DNA from: Patescibacteria group bacterium
GTDB taxonomy: Bacteria > Patescibacteriota > Patescibacteriia > UBA9934 > GWF2-40-263
NCBI GenBank assembly: GCA_004297215.1
Contig: SCUM01000001.1
Coordinates: 289,181 to 353,180, forward strand
Reading direction: 5' to 3'
DNA: 64,000 nt
This document shows, piece by piece, positions 47,101 to 55,048 of the stretch; within the stretch, counting starts at the first letter, position 1; the number at the start of each line of letters is the position of its first letter. The position numbers and the translations under genes are program-made. The notes beneath the pieces were generated by a model, which made no database searches, was not told the origin of the DNA, and worked only from the letters and a program-made list of their open reading frames with translations.

Positions 47101-49015
47101 CGGTGATCGGGGTCAGGTTCGGGTTGATAGTGCCGTTCACCGTCGCCGTAGTCGCGGCCACGCTCGTCGCGGCGGTCGTGGTGGGGGTCGGGTCCGCGAG
47201 CACCGCAAGCGTGGTGAACGACAGGATGGTCCCCTGGGCCGATCCCGCCTTCACGCGATAATAGTAGGTCGTGCCGGACGAGAGGCCAGTGAGGCCGAGG
47301 CTGACCGCCGTCGGGTCCGTGAGCCCGTCGAGCGTGCCGGAGGCCGGCGTGGTCGCGGTCGTGGTCGTCGCCCCGACCAAGGTCGGGCTGGTGCCATACT
47401 CGAACTGGCCGGTGAGCACCGCCGTGCCGTTGGGGTCCACCGTGCCGTTGAGCGTCGCGGCGGAGGCGGTGATACTCGTGGCCGGATCCGTGACTGCCGA
47501 GATGCTGAAATCCGCCGTATCGGCGACGACCCCGACCGTGCTGGTGCCTGTGGAGGTGACCGTAATCCTCGACATCGCTGACGCCGTCGCTCCCACGAGG
47601 AAATCGCCGATCTTGGCGTATGCGGTGTTCGCGAAGCTGCCCACCGGCACCCACATCTCGTAGTCGATGCTCGCGGTCGTGCCGGAATTGAGCGTGAACG
47701 GGCCGGTGAAATGCAGCGGCTTGGGGGCCGCGTCCGCGGTGACGGTCACAGGGTCGCCGATCGCGACCCCGGTGCGGCCGATGTCGGTGACGGTCGCGCT
47801 TCCCGGAATGAAGATGGGGCCGGTTGGCGCTTGGTCCACGAACTCGTCCACCGTGAGCGTGGTGGCCGTCGTCGAAGAGGCGGTGAGGCGGTACGGGACC
47901 TCCACGTACGTCTCGCCGCTGCCGCTTTCCCCGGGAACCGCGCACGCGCCCGTGCAGTCCACGACCGTGAGCCCGGTGGTGGTCGTGACGCTCTTGGTAA
48001 GCGCCGCGTTGATGGTGAGCGAGGCGAACGAGATGTCGAGGGTGCCGCCCGCGGCGCCGGTGTCGGAGTGCTTCACCTGGGTGCCGCTCGCGATCTGGGC
48101 GATCGGCACGGCCGTGACCGTGCTCGTTGGGCGCCCCACCACGCGGAAGCCGTAGGAGATGCGGTATTCGGAGTTGTCGACGTTGGTGAGGCCGTTCGCC
48201 CCCGTGATGAGCAGCTGGTTCGCGTAGGTCACCTGGTCGGCGGTGTTGGCCCAGTTGGCGTTGCCGTCGAAGGTGATGGACACGCTTTCAAGGCGCAGCG
48301 CCCGCGTGGGCCAGGTGGACACGGCCGCGGGCGCGAGCCAGATGATGTCGAAATCCGGGGTGGAACCCGCGCCGATCTGCCCGGTCTGGCCCTCGACCGT
48401 GATCGTGACCAGCTGCCCGAGCTCCGGCGAGGTGTCCGAGACCTCGATCGCCGCGGCGCTCGTGAGCCCGTTGTCCGCGAGCTTGTTGGAGGCCGCCTTG
48501 ATGGTCTCCTGCACCTTGGAGAACGAGAAGTCGCATTCGTACAGCACCGTGGCGCCCGCAAGGTCGGGGCGGTCGTCGTACACCTTGAGCGTGTGCCCCT
48601 GCGCCGACATGGTGGCGCCGGTCGCCTTCAGCATGAAGTAGGAGGTGCCGGTCGAGCCATCGGCGAGCGTCGGGAGTTGCATGGCGCTGTCCAGCGCGTT
48701 CGCGAGCGACACGTTGGACCCCGTGAAGGAACTCACCTGCGCCCACAGGCTCGATTGCGAGGATCCCGTCCCGTTGGTCACCCGGTAACCGATGTAGCCC
48801 GCGTCGAGCACCGGCGTGACGCCCGTGTCGATGTAAAACACGTTCCCATGGCTCGGGACCACCGTGATGCCGTTTTGCGCCGCCGCGCCCGAGGAGCAGG
48901 TGACGGCGGAGACGTCGTGGACGTTCGCGAACAGGGACGCGAACGCGGCAAAGACGATGATGCCGCACATCCCGATCGCCTTGCCCGCCGAAAACGAGCC
49001 GATTTGACATCGCAT
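44180..49015 (-). CDS. Large Thr-rich surface protein with FN3/Ig-like repeats and C-terminal peptidoglycan-binding domain
   Basis: Signal-like N-terminus, two FN3-like units (TTYYYRV / ITYYFKI), five 89-aa repeats, Pro-rich linkers, two FED..DFD units, and V..LQ..L..GTYGPITQRAVAAFQ...GLVGPLTRAALN. Confidence 0.85.
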   Translation of the reverse strand: MRCQIGSFSAGKAIGMCGIIVFAAFASLFANVHDVSAVTCSSGAAAQNGITVVPSHGNVFYIDTGVTPVLDAGYIGYRVTNGTGSSQSSLWAQVSSFTGSNVSLANALDSAMQLPTLADGSTGTSYFMLKATGATMSAQGHTLKVYDDRPDLAGATVLYECDFSFSKVQETIKAASNKLADNGLTSAAAIEVSDTSPELGQLVTITVEGQTGQIGAGSTPDFDIIWLAPAAVSTWPTRALRLESVSITFDGNANWANTADQVTYANQLLITGANGLTNVDNSEYRISYGFRVVGRPTSTVTAVPIAQIASGTQVKHSDTGAAGGTLDISFASLTINAALTKSVTTTTGLTVVDCTGACAVPGESGSGETYVEVPYRLTASSTTATTLTVDEFVDQAPTGPIFIPGSATVTDIGRTGVAIGDPVTVTADAAPKPLHFTGPFTLNSGTTASIDYEMWVPVGSFANTAYAKIGDFLVGATASAMSRITVTSTGTSTVGVVADTADFSISAVTDPATSITASAATLNGTVDPNGTAVLTGQFEYGTSPTLVGATTTTATTPASGTLDGLTDPTAVSLGLTGLSSGTTYYYRVKAGSAQGTILSFTTLAVLADPTPTTTAATSVAATTATVNGTINPNLTPITGIQFVYGTVSDLSSGTTTVTVDDGTGTAALTAGGSSTQPFSYAVTGLTSGITYYFKIRACTSALTGTYPNVSCTTAFEGSILNFTTSLASRTLTIDAGSYVASYTLTDTPPTITSTASAGAGTKTYTSTTTGVCTIGSTTGIVTFVAAGTCTIDADIASDGTYDTADATDISFSVTLAARTLTIDAGSYVASYSMTDTPPTITSTASAGTGTKTYTSTTTGVCTIGSTTGIVTFVAAGTCTIDADIDADGTYDTADATDISFSVTLAARTLTIDAGSYVSSYSLTDTPPTITSTASAGTGTKSYTSTTTGVCTIGSTTGIVTFVAAGTCTIDADIDADGTYDAADATDISFSVTLAARTLTIDAGSYVASYELTDTPPTITSTASAGAGTKTYTSTTTGVCTIGSTTGIVTFVSAGTCTIDADIDADGTYDTADATDISFSVTLAARTLTIDAGSYESSYLITEAEPTITSTASAGAGTKTYTSTTTGVCTIGSTTGIVTFVAAGTCTIDADIDADGTYAAADATDISFSITRRSGGGSIVVNPPSNPGSDTGTTTSPEPSAPETTSELPPPSPVTEPVPSQPAPPDVDFSAASYDIYIVNPDGTERHMTDPRYARVERVSDTVDIIRFEDKGSDFDFDDVVIRVDYSDWTRIVVTVLAVDAGWLHNVRIALSNAGALVSDLLIWPDSHLGIGQYALIDANEDGAYVVGAILPIVEDVEEPYVDPAGVLPPLPPTTDVEPPPSVPAADALPAPCEVACDEVGYDLYIVNPDGTERHMGTPYVRVTPAADGRTIVGFEDSGRDFDYNDVRVLVDTRDCSAVTFELLELDAAWHHRLALQVSLRGEPKLDRVVWNDTHEAAGSIRTINAKDDPAMCVEARAPEPVASACVLSSPFTSNLGPGNVGDAVVRLQEILRCLKHFPEDVSASGTYGPITQRAVAAFQALKNIPPIGLVGPLTRAALNAFVRSAPAASGQ
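45506..46837 (-). repeat. Five tandem 267-bp (89-aa) coding repeats
   Basis: RTLTIDAGSY...DATDISFS occurs five times at 267-nt spacing. Confidence 0.9.
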
Positions 49016-49068
49016 ATATTGACCCTATCCTACCATGTTCCAATGGAACAGGAGGCGTCCCGTCTCGC

Positions 49069-49218
49069 CTATGCCTCCTCCTGCGGGATTTCGACCGTCA
49101 CCCACCAGTCGTCGTTTTCGCAGCGGTAAAAGACCCTGTCGTACTTTTTTCGGCGGTCGCCGTAGCTCACGTCCTGCCGGAGCTGGCGCATGTTCCGATT
49201 GCAGTTCGGGCATTTCAT
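49069..49218 (-). CDS. Small zinc-ribbon-like protein (49 aa)
   Basis: MKCPNC...YRCENDDWWV; directly downstream of tRNA-Trp. Confidence 0.6.
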   Translation of the reverse strand: MKCPNCNRNMRQLRQDVSYGDRRKKYDRVFYRCENDDWWVTVEIPQEEA

Positions 49219-49280
49219 ACGTGAAAATCGTATCACGGCGCGGCGGGAAGCGAAAAATCCCGCTTGAACGAGCGGGATTT

Positions 49281-49354
49281 TGGCAGGGACGGTGGGAATC
49301 GAACCCACGTCAGAGGTTTTGGAGACCTCCGTCCTACCATTGAACGACGTCCCT
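49281..49354 (-). tRNA. tRNA-Trp (CCA)
   Basis: AGGGACGTCGTTCAATGGTAGGAC..CTCCAAA..GGTTCGATTCCCACCGTCCCTGCCA. Confidence 0.95.
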
Positions 49355-49410
49355 ACGCCGCGGCAGTATGTCAAAAACCCGCCCTCTTGTGAAGGGCGGG
49401 GTCTTGATGC

Positions 49411-49566
49411 TTACTTGGTCTCCTTGTGCGGCTGGTGGGCGCGGCAGCCTTTGCAGAACTTCGAAAGCTCCAGGCGCTCCTTGAGCGTCTTCTTGTTCTT
49501 GTGGCTCTGGTAATTGACCGTCTTGCACTGCGTGCACTCCAGCTTGATGAGGAAATCTTGGGACAT
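49411..49566 (-). CDS. rpmG: 50S ribosomal protein L33 (Zn-binding form)
   Basis: Manual translation MSQDFLIKLECTQCKTVNYQSHKNKKTLKERLELSKFCKGCRAHQPHKETK. Confidence 0.95.
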   Translation of the reverse strand: MSQDFLIKLECTQCKTVNYQSHKNKKTLKERLELSKFCKGCRAHQPHKETK

Positions 49567-49623
49567 AATTGGCAATCTGATTGGTCGGAACCTTACGGAA
49601 AAACGCGATTCGTGTCAAGGGAG

Positions 49624-49699
49624 TGGAGCCGTTGACCGGGATTGAACCGGTGACCTCATCCTTACCATGGATGTGCTCTACCAACTGAGCTACAACGGC
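49624..49699 (-). tRNA. tRNA-Thr (GGU)
   Basis: GCCGTTGTAGCTCAGTTGGTAGAGC..ATGGTAA..GGTTCAATCCCGGTCAACGGCTCCA. Confidence 0.95.
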
Positions 49700-49715
49700 A
49701 TATTTCTTCTACCAA

Positions 49716-49786
49716 GTCCGACGCCCTGATGGGGTCGGACCCCCGACCTGCGCCGCAGCGCAGCGTCGGGGCTGAGCTACAACGGC
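49716..49786. repeat. Twin-hairpin element plus a 15-bp duplicate of the tRNA-Thr 5' end
   Basis: GTCCGAC..GTCGGAC CCCCGAC..GTCGGGG followed by CTGAGCTACAACGGC, identical to 49685-49699. Confidence 0.75.
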
Positions 49787-49837
49787 GTGTTTTTATCGCG
49801 ATGGCCCCGCCAGCCGAAGCCCCTCAAGGGCGAAGGC

Positions 49838-49912
49838 TGGAGCCGCCTGTCGGATTTGAACCGACGACCTGCTGTTTACAAAACAGCTGCTCTACCCCTG
49901 AGCTAAGGCGGC
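49838..49912 (-). tRNA. tRNA-Thr (UGU)
   Basis: GCCGCCTTAGCTCAGGGGTAGAGC..TTTGTAA..GGTTCAAATCCGACAGGCGGCTCCA. Confidence 0.95.
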
Positions 49913-49913
49913 G

Positions 49914-50246
49914 TTATTCAAGCTTCCAAGTCCCATCCATAAGCTTTTCCTTCTTTATCCTCGACCAGCCCTTAATCTGACGTTCTCTTCTTCTTGCACA
50001 CAGGAGGATCTTGTGGATCTCGTAGTATACGAGACGGACGGGAAGCCGTTTTGCCGTCCATAAAGCGGCCCTGCCCGCACGATGATCTTCCATCCTTCGC
50101 AGAAGATTTTCAGAACAACCTACATAATAACTGCCATCGCCACATTCCAACATGTACACGACGACGCGCCCTTCGACAAGCTCAAGGCATTCGACTCCTT
50201 TCCTGTTCCCTACGGAAGCGTTTTGCGTCGTATGGTCGCAGACCAT
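49914..50246 (-). CDS. GIY-YIG nuclease (YhbQ/UPF0213-like); start uncertain
   Basis: VYMLECGDGSYYVG..L.RR..H..G..WT..R.P..LVYYE...A..RE.QIKGWSR.KK. Confidence 0.85.
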   Translation of the reverse strand: MVCDHTTQNASVGNRKGVECLELVEGRVVVYMLECGDGSYYVGCSENLLRRMEDHRAGRAALWTAKRLPVRLVYYEIHKILLCARRRERQIKGWSRIKKEKLMDGTWKLE

Positions 50247-50301
50247 GAGCGATCGTCTACCACGGACTCACTGCCCTTCGACAAGCTCAGGGCATTCGAC
50301 T
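50168..50301. repeat. Two direct copies of GCCCTTCGACAAGCTCARGGCATTCGACT
   Basis: 50168-50196 and 50273-50301, one mismatch. Confidence 0.85.
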
Positions 50302-50330
50302 ACCACATAAACGGCACGAAGGTAGTCGAA

Positions 50331-50416
50331 TGGTGGGTGGAGAAGGGTTCGAACCTTCGAAGGCGTGAGCCAGGAGATTTACAGTCTCCCCCGTTTGACC
50401 ACTTCGGTATCCACCC
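50331..50416 (-). tRNA. tRNA-Tyr (GUA)
   Basis: GGGTGGATACCGAAGTGGTCAAACGG..CTGTAAA, long variable arm, GGTTCGAACCCTTCTCCACCCACCA. Confidence 0.95.
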
Positions 50417-50450
50417 GTTGGTTGGAAAGGTGCCGAAAGGATAGCAAAAC

Positions 50451-51263
50451 CTATCCTTCTTGTGAAGGCTCGGCCTCTGGCAGCGCTGACAGGCTTTCCT
50501 CGAAGACGGGGATCTTCTGGTTGTCAGGATTGCTCGCCTTGAGGCTCGCAATCCCCTTCTCGGCGTCCTTGCGTTCCTTGGCGAGGAGCGCGGTCTCGAT
50601 GTAGCGGTCGAGGTACTTGGGATTGTGGGGCCGCTTCTCCACGGACTCGCGCAGGTGCGCGAGCGCGGCCTGCGTCTTCCCTTCGGCCAGGTCAAGGTCC
50701 GCGAGGCTCATGTGAACCGAAGCGTCCCCCGGAGAAAGGCGCAGCGCGAACGCGAGCGCCTCGCGCGCCTGGTCGTACTGCTTCACCTCGAAATACAGGT
50801 TCCCGAGCCCCTCGTACGCCTCGGCGCACTTCGGGGAATGGCTGATCGCCTCGATGTACTTCTTCTCGGCCTGGATGGGCTCGCCCTCGCGCGCGAACGC
50901 TTCCGCGGCCTCGAGCATCCCGCGGACGGCCTCGGGACCGACCGCCGCGCCGGCGTGCGATGGCGCGCGCTTGAGCTTCTGGTAGTACTGCTCCATCCTG
51001 TACAGCCGCTGCACGGCGAGGCGTCCGAGGCGCATGGCCCCCTTCCCCCCGGCGATGACGGCGCGACCGAGGCGCCCGAGCTTCTCGCTTTGCAGCCGCG
51101 CCACGCGATCGAGGATGATCGCCTCCTTCACGCGCCTGGTCCGCTCATCCGAGTCCGTGGACGTCTCCATCACCCGCAACTGCGGGATCTTGCGGACCAC
51201 GATCACGCCAAGCACCGCGACGGAGGCGAGGAGCAGGAGGAGGGGGATGAGCCAGAGCACCAT
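50451..51263 (-). CDS. Membrane-anchored TPR protein
   Basis: N-terminal TM, then RKIPQL; AYEGLGNLY..A..A...AL..P TPR units. Confidence 0.8.
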   Translation of the reverse strand: MVLWLIPLLLLLASVAVLGVIVVRKIPQLRVMETSTDSDERTRRVKEAIILDRVARLQSEKLGRLGRAVIAGGKGAMRLGRLAVQRLYRMEQYYQKLKRAPSHAGAAVGPEAVRGMLEAAEAFAREGEPIQAEKKYIEAISHSPKCAEAYEGLGNLYFEVKQYDQAREALAFALRLSPGDASVHMSLADLDLAEGKTQAALAHLRESVEKRPHNPKYLDRYIETALLAKERKDAEKGIASLKASNPDNQKIPVFEESLSALPEAEPSQEG

Positions 51264-51265
51264 AT

Positions 51266-51393
51266 CCCGTACTACAACAAGGACGTTCTCGTCAGGCAAG
51301 CGTCCTGAACGACCGTCTGGGAACAACCGGACTCTCGACCTGGATGGAATACCTCGAAGGGAGCCGACAAAAATGTCCTTGTTGTAGTACGGG
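51266..51393. mobile_element. MITE-like element with 22-bp terminal inverted repeats
   Basis: CCCGTACTACAACAAGGACGTT versus AATGTCCTTGTTGTAGTACGGG (21/22); CATA one base outside each end. Confidence 0.55.
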
Positions 51394-51401
51394 GCATACG
51401 G

Positions 51402-52172
51402 TCAGCCTTGGGCTTCGATCACGTCGCAGGCGGCAGAGAGGATCTCGGCGAACTCGGTATGCTTCACGGAGGCGCCGCCCACGAGCACGCCGTCGACCTC
51501 CTTCTCGCGCAGGAAGGAATGGGCGTTCTTCCCGTCCACGGATCCGCCGTACAGCACGCTCAAACGGGATGAGAGGGCTGGAGCGAGCTTCGCCACGAGG
51601 CTGCGGACATGCGCGTGCATCGCCGCGGCATCGGCCGGGGAAGCGGAACGGCCGGTGCCGATCGCCCACACGGGCTCGTAGGCGACGAGCAGGCGCGCCT
51701 GGCCTTTCGGCCGCGCGCCCGTGAGTGCCGCGCGCAGCTGGCGCTCGACGACCGCCTCCTGCGCGCCGGCGTCGCGCTCGGCCGCGGTCTCGCCCACGCA
51801 TAAGATCGCGTTCAATCCGGCCTCAAGCGCGGCGCGCGTCTTTTTCCCCACCATCTCGTCGGTCTCGCCCAGGTGCTGCCGGCGCTCGGAGTGACCGATG
51901 ATCGCATGCGTGACCCCGTGCTCGAGCAGCATCCGCGGCGACACCTCGCCCGTGAACGCGCCAGCATCCTCCCAGAACAGGTCTTGCGCGCCGAGCGAGG
52001 CATGGCTTCGCGCGAGCACCTTGCGCACTTCGGAGAGCGCCGGGAACGGCGGGCACAGCACCGTCTCCGGGAAACAGCTGCGGCCGCGCAGCGCCAAAAG
52101 CACCCCGCGCGCGAGCGCCACGCTCTCGCGGGTGCCGACGTTCATCTTCCAGTTGGCGATGACGGTTTTCAT
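51402..52172 (-). CDS. tpiA: Triosephosphate isomerase
   Basis: ANWKMN, GAFTGEVS, IGHSERR, AYEPVWAIGTG, YGGSV and LVGGAS. Confidence 0.97.
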   Translation of the reverse strand: MKTVIANWKMNVGTRESVALARGVLLALRGRSCFPETVLCPPFPALSEVRKVLARSHASLGAQDLFWEDAGAFTGEVSPRMLLEHGVTHAIIGHSERRQHLGETDEMVGKKTRAALEAGLNAILCVGETAAERDAGAQEAVVERQLRAALTGARPKGQARLLVAYEPVWAIGTGRSASPADAAAMHAHVRSLVAKLAPALSSRLSVLYGGSVDGKNAHSFLREKEVDGVLVGGASVKHTEFAEILSAACDVIEAQG

Positions 52173-52179
52173 AGAGTCG

Positions 52180-52254
52180 TAGGCGTTGAAGGCCTTAGGC
52201 GTGAAGGCATAAGGGATTTTCCTGAGGCCTTATCCGCCTGAGGCCTTCACGCCT
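52180..52254. repeat. AGGCCTT/AGGCG degenerate inverted repeat (second copy at 53543-53597)
   Basis: GAAGGCCTTAGGCG at 52188 and 53543, on both sides of the peptidase gene. Confidence 0.6.
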
Positions 52255-53536
52255 ATATTTTCAATCCTGCTTTGGCAGCGAATTCCTTTTCCCTCTTGAA
52301 CGGGCCGATGGCTGCCACGGTGAGACGGGACAGGTCGAGCAGCTCCTTGGCCGCGGCTTTCACTTGGGCCGGCGTCACCTTGTCGAGAAGCGCCAGGTAT
52401 TCGTCGGGGGACTTCACCTTCGGATGGAACAGTTCCTGCGTGGCATACCAGTCCGCGCGGTCGGAGGAATCCTCGAGCGCGAGGCGCAGGCGGCCGCGGA
52501 CGTTCTCCTTGGCCTCCTTCAGCTCACGTGAGGTGACACCGATCGTACGCGCCTTCTTGAGTTCCGAAAGGATGGTGGCGACGGCGACCTTGAGCCGCGC
52601 GGCCTCGAGCCCGGAATGCACCTGGAACACCCCGGTATCCTCCATGGGCTGGTGGCTGGCGCGGATGAAATAGCACAATCCCTTGCGCTCACGCACCGAA
52701 ATGAACAGCCTCGAACTCATGGTGCCCCCAAGGATGACGGCAAGCAAGTGCGCGGCCGGGACCCGCTTGTCGCCGATCGGGTAACCTGGAAAGCCGAACG
52801 CTACCTGGATCTGTTTCGTATCCTTGTTTTCCACGATGAGGCGCGGAGCCTTGCCTGGGGCCGGGATGGCCGCCGGGAGGAACGGCGCCGGTCCTTCCTT
52901 GGCGCGCCGCGACGTGCCGAACGTCTTTTTGAGCAGCGGGAGCGCCTTCTTGTCCACCTTGCCGGCGATCACCACCACGGCGCGCTCGCTCGTGTAATAC
53001 GCGTCGCGAAACGCCAGCACCGCCTCGCGCGTCATGCTTCGTACGGTCCGCTCGCTGCCGCCGATGTCCCATCCGAGAGGGCTCCCGTCGAACATCTTCC
53101 CCTCAAGCAGCTCCTCCACGCGCATCATCGGGTTGTCGCGGTACATGTTGATCTCCTCCACGATCACGCCGCGCTCGCGGTCCATTTCCGCCTTGTCGAA
53201 CTTCGAGTGGAACAGCATGTCGTTCAGCAGGTCGACGGCGAGGTCGAGGTGCGCGGCATCCACCTTGATGTGATAGCCGGTCCAGCTCTTGGAGGTGAAC
53301 GCGTTGTAATCGGCGCCCACCGCGTCGAGCGCGCGGGAGATGTCGATCGTCTTCGGCCGGCGCTTGGTCCCCTTGAACATCAGGTGCTCGATGTAGTGCG
53401 CCGCGCCGTTGATGCTTCGCGCCTCATAGCGGCTCCCCACCTTGAACAGCACGAACACGGTGGCCGCATCGGTCCCTTCGAACGGGACCAGGTGCACGCG
53501 CATGCCGTTTGAGAGGACGTGACGGGAAGATTTCAT
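52253..53536 (-). CDS. M16 family zinc peptidase
   Basis: GSRYE, HYIEHLMFKGT, NAFT and SSRLF..VRE..GLCY. Confidence 0.93.
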   Translation of the reverse strand: MKSSRHVLSNGMRVHLVPFEGTDAATVFVLFKVGSRYEARSINGAAHYIEHLMFKGTKRRPKTIDISRALDAVGADYNAFTSKSWTGYHIKVDAAHLDLAVDLLNDMLFHSKFDKAEMDRERGVIVEEINMYRDNPMMRVEELLEGKMFDGSPLGWDIGGSERTVRSMTREAVLAFRDAYYTSERAVVVIAGKVDKKALPLLKKTFGTSRRAKEGPAPFLPAAIPAPGKAPRLIVENKDTKQIQVAFGFPGYPIGDKRVPAAHLLAVILGGTMSSRLFISVRERKGLCYFIRASHQPMEDTGVFQVHSGLEAARLKVAVATILSELKKARTIGVTSRELKEAKENVRGRLRLALEDSSDRADWYATQELFHPKVKSPDEYLALLDKVTPAQVKAAAKELLDLSRLTVAAIGPFKREKEFAAKAGLKI

Positions 53537-53595
53537 AGGATGGAAGGCCTTAGGCGGACAAGGCTTCAGCGCTAAGGCCTTAACGCCTGCGGCCT

Positions 53596-54921
53596 TTACG
53601 CCTTCAACTGATTATTCAAATACCCTTCCAACTCCTCGAGCTTCACCCGTTCCTGCTTCATGCTGTCGCGGTCGCGCACGGTCACGGCCTGGTCGGAGAG
53701 CGTGTCGAAGTCGTAGGTGATGCAGTACGGGGTGCCGATCTCGTCCGCTCGGCGGTAGCGCTTGCCGATGGACTGCGTCTCGTCGTATTCCGTGCGCCAG
53801 CTCTTCGCGAGGCGAAGCGCCAGCTCGCGCGCCGGCGCGGTGAGCTCTTCCTTCTTGGACAGCGGGAGTACGGCAACCTTGATGGGCGCGAGCGCCTTCG
53901 GGAATCGTAAGACGACCCGCTTGTCCGTTTCCCCTTCTCCGGTCGGCGCTTCTTCCTCGTGATAGGCCGAAAGCATCACGGCAAGCACCGTGCGATCGAG
54001 GCCGAACGAAGGCTCGATCACGTGCGGGACGTATTTCTCGTTCGTGACCGGGTCGGTGTAGGTGATGTCCTTCCCGGACGCCTTCGCGTGGTTCGTGAGG
54101 TCGAAGTCCGTGCGGTACGCGAGGCCGTACAGCTCTTCCTGCCCGAACGGGTAGTCGAACTCGATGTCCACGGTGCGCTTCGAATAATGGGCCAGGTCCG
54201 CGGCCGCGATCTCGTGGTCGTGCACCTTCCCCGCGGGGATGCCGCAGGCGGCGATGAAGGCGTGCATCTGAAGGAGCCACGCCTCGAAATGCTGTTCCCA
54301 TTCGCTGGGATGCACGAAATACTCGATCTCCATCTGGTCGAACTCCCGCGTGCGGAAGATGAAGTTCCCGGGCGTGATCTCGTTTCGGAACGCCCGGCCG
54401 ATCTGCGCGATGCCGAACGGGACGCGCTTGCGGCTCGTCATGAGCACCTGCGGGAAGTCGGCGAAGATCGCTTGCGCCGTCTCGGGCCGGAAATACGCGA
54501 CGTTCGCCGCGTCTTCCTTGGGACCGATCCAGGTCTTCATCATCAGGTTGAACGACGCCGGCTCGGTGAACGTCCCCTTGTTGCCGCATTTCGCGCACGC
54601 CTTCGAGAGGTCGATCTTATCGGCGCGATAGCGTTCGTGGCACTGCTTGCACTCGACCAGCGGGTCGGTGAACGTCGCGAGATGCCCGGACGCCTCCCAC
54701 ACCTTGGGGTTCATGATGAGGGCGGCGTCGATGCCGACCATGTCGAGGCGCTGTTGGACGAACGTCTTCCACCAGAGCGCTTTCACGTTGTTCTTGAGCT
54801 CGACCCCGAGCGGTCCGTAGTCCCAGGAGTTGGCCATGCCGCCGTAGATCTCGGAACCGGGAAAGATGAAGCCGCGGCTCTTGCACAGCGCGGTGAGGGT
54901 GTCCATGGTGACGTCAGGCAT
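53596..54921 (-). CDS. glyQS: Glycine--tRNA ligase (alpha2 type)
   Basis: EIYGG..DYGPLG, RPETAQ, FRNEITP..FRTREF, HVIEPSFG and SIGKRYRR.DEIGTP. Confidence 0.96.
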   Translation of the reverse strand: MPDVTMDTLTALCKSRGFIFPGSEIYGGMANSWDYGPLGVELKNNVKALWWKTFVQQRLDMVGIDAALIMNPKVWEASGHLATFTDPLVECKQCHERYRADKIDLSKACAKCGNKGTFTEPASFNLMMKTWIGPKEDAANVAYFRPETAQAIFADFPQVLMTSRKRVPFGIAQIGRAFRNEITPGNFIFRTREFDQMEIEYFVHPSEWEQHFEAWLLQMHAFIAACGIPAGKVHDHEIAAADLAHYSKRTVDIEFDYPFGQEELYGLAYRTDFDLTNHAKASGKDITYTDPVTNEKYVPHVIEPSFGLDRTVLAVMLSAYHEEEAPTGEGETDKRVVLRFPKALAPIKVAVLPLSKKEELTAPARELALRLAKSWRTEYDETQSIGKRYRRADEIGTPYCITYDFDTLSDQAVTVRDRDSMKQERVKLEELEGYLNNQLKA

Positions 54922-55048
54922 ATGGGTTTATCTAGGCTGTTGGAGGCTTCGCCGTTGGTACTTCGTGTTGGTGTCGCTTCGCTCCGTTGGGATCTAACCG
55001 CATCAGCGACCAACGCCGCAGGCTCGAACGGCCCGCAGGCCACCAACG

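Noticed and set aside
49914-50330. Prophage or integrative element at the tRNA cluster
   Set aside because: No integrase, phage genes or duplicated tRNA 3' end
54922-55048. T-box leader upstream of glyQS
   Set aside because: No GGGTGGNACC T-box or specifier stem; the spacer is short and made of degenerate GTTGG/CCAAC repeats
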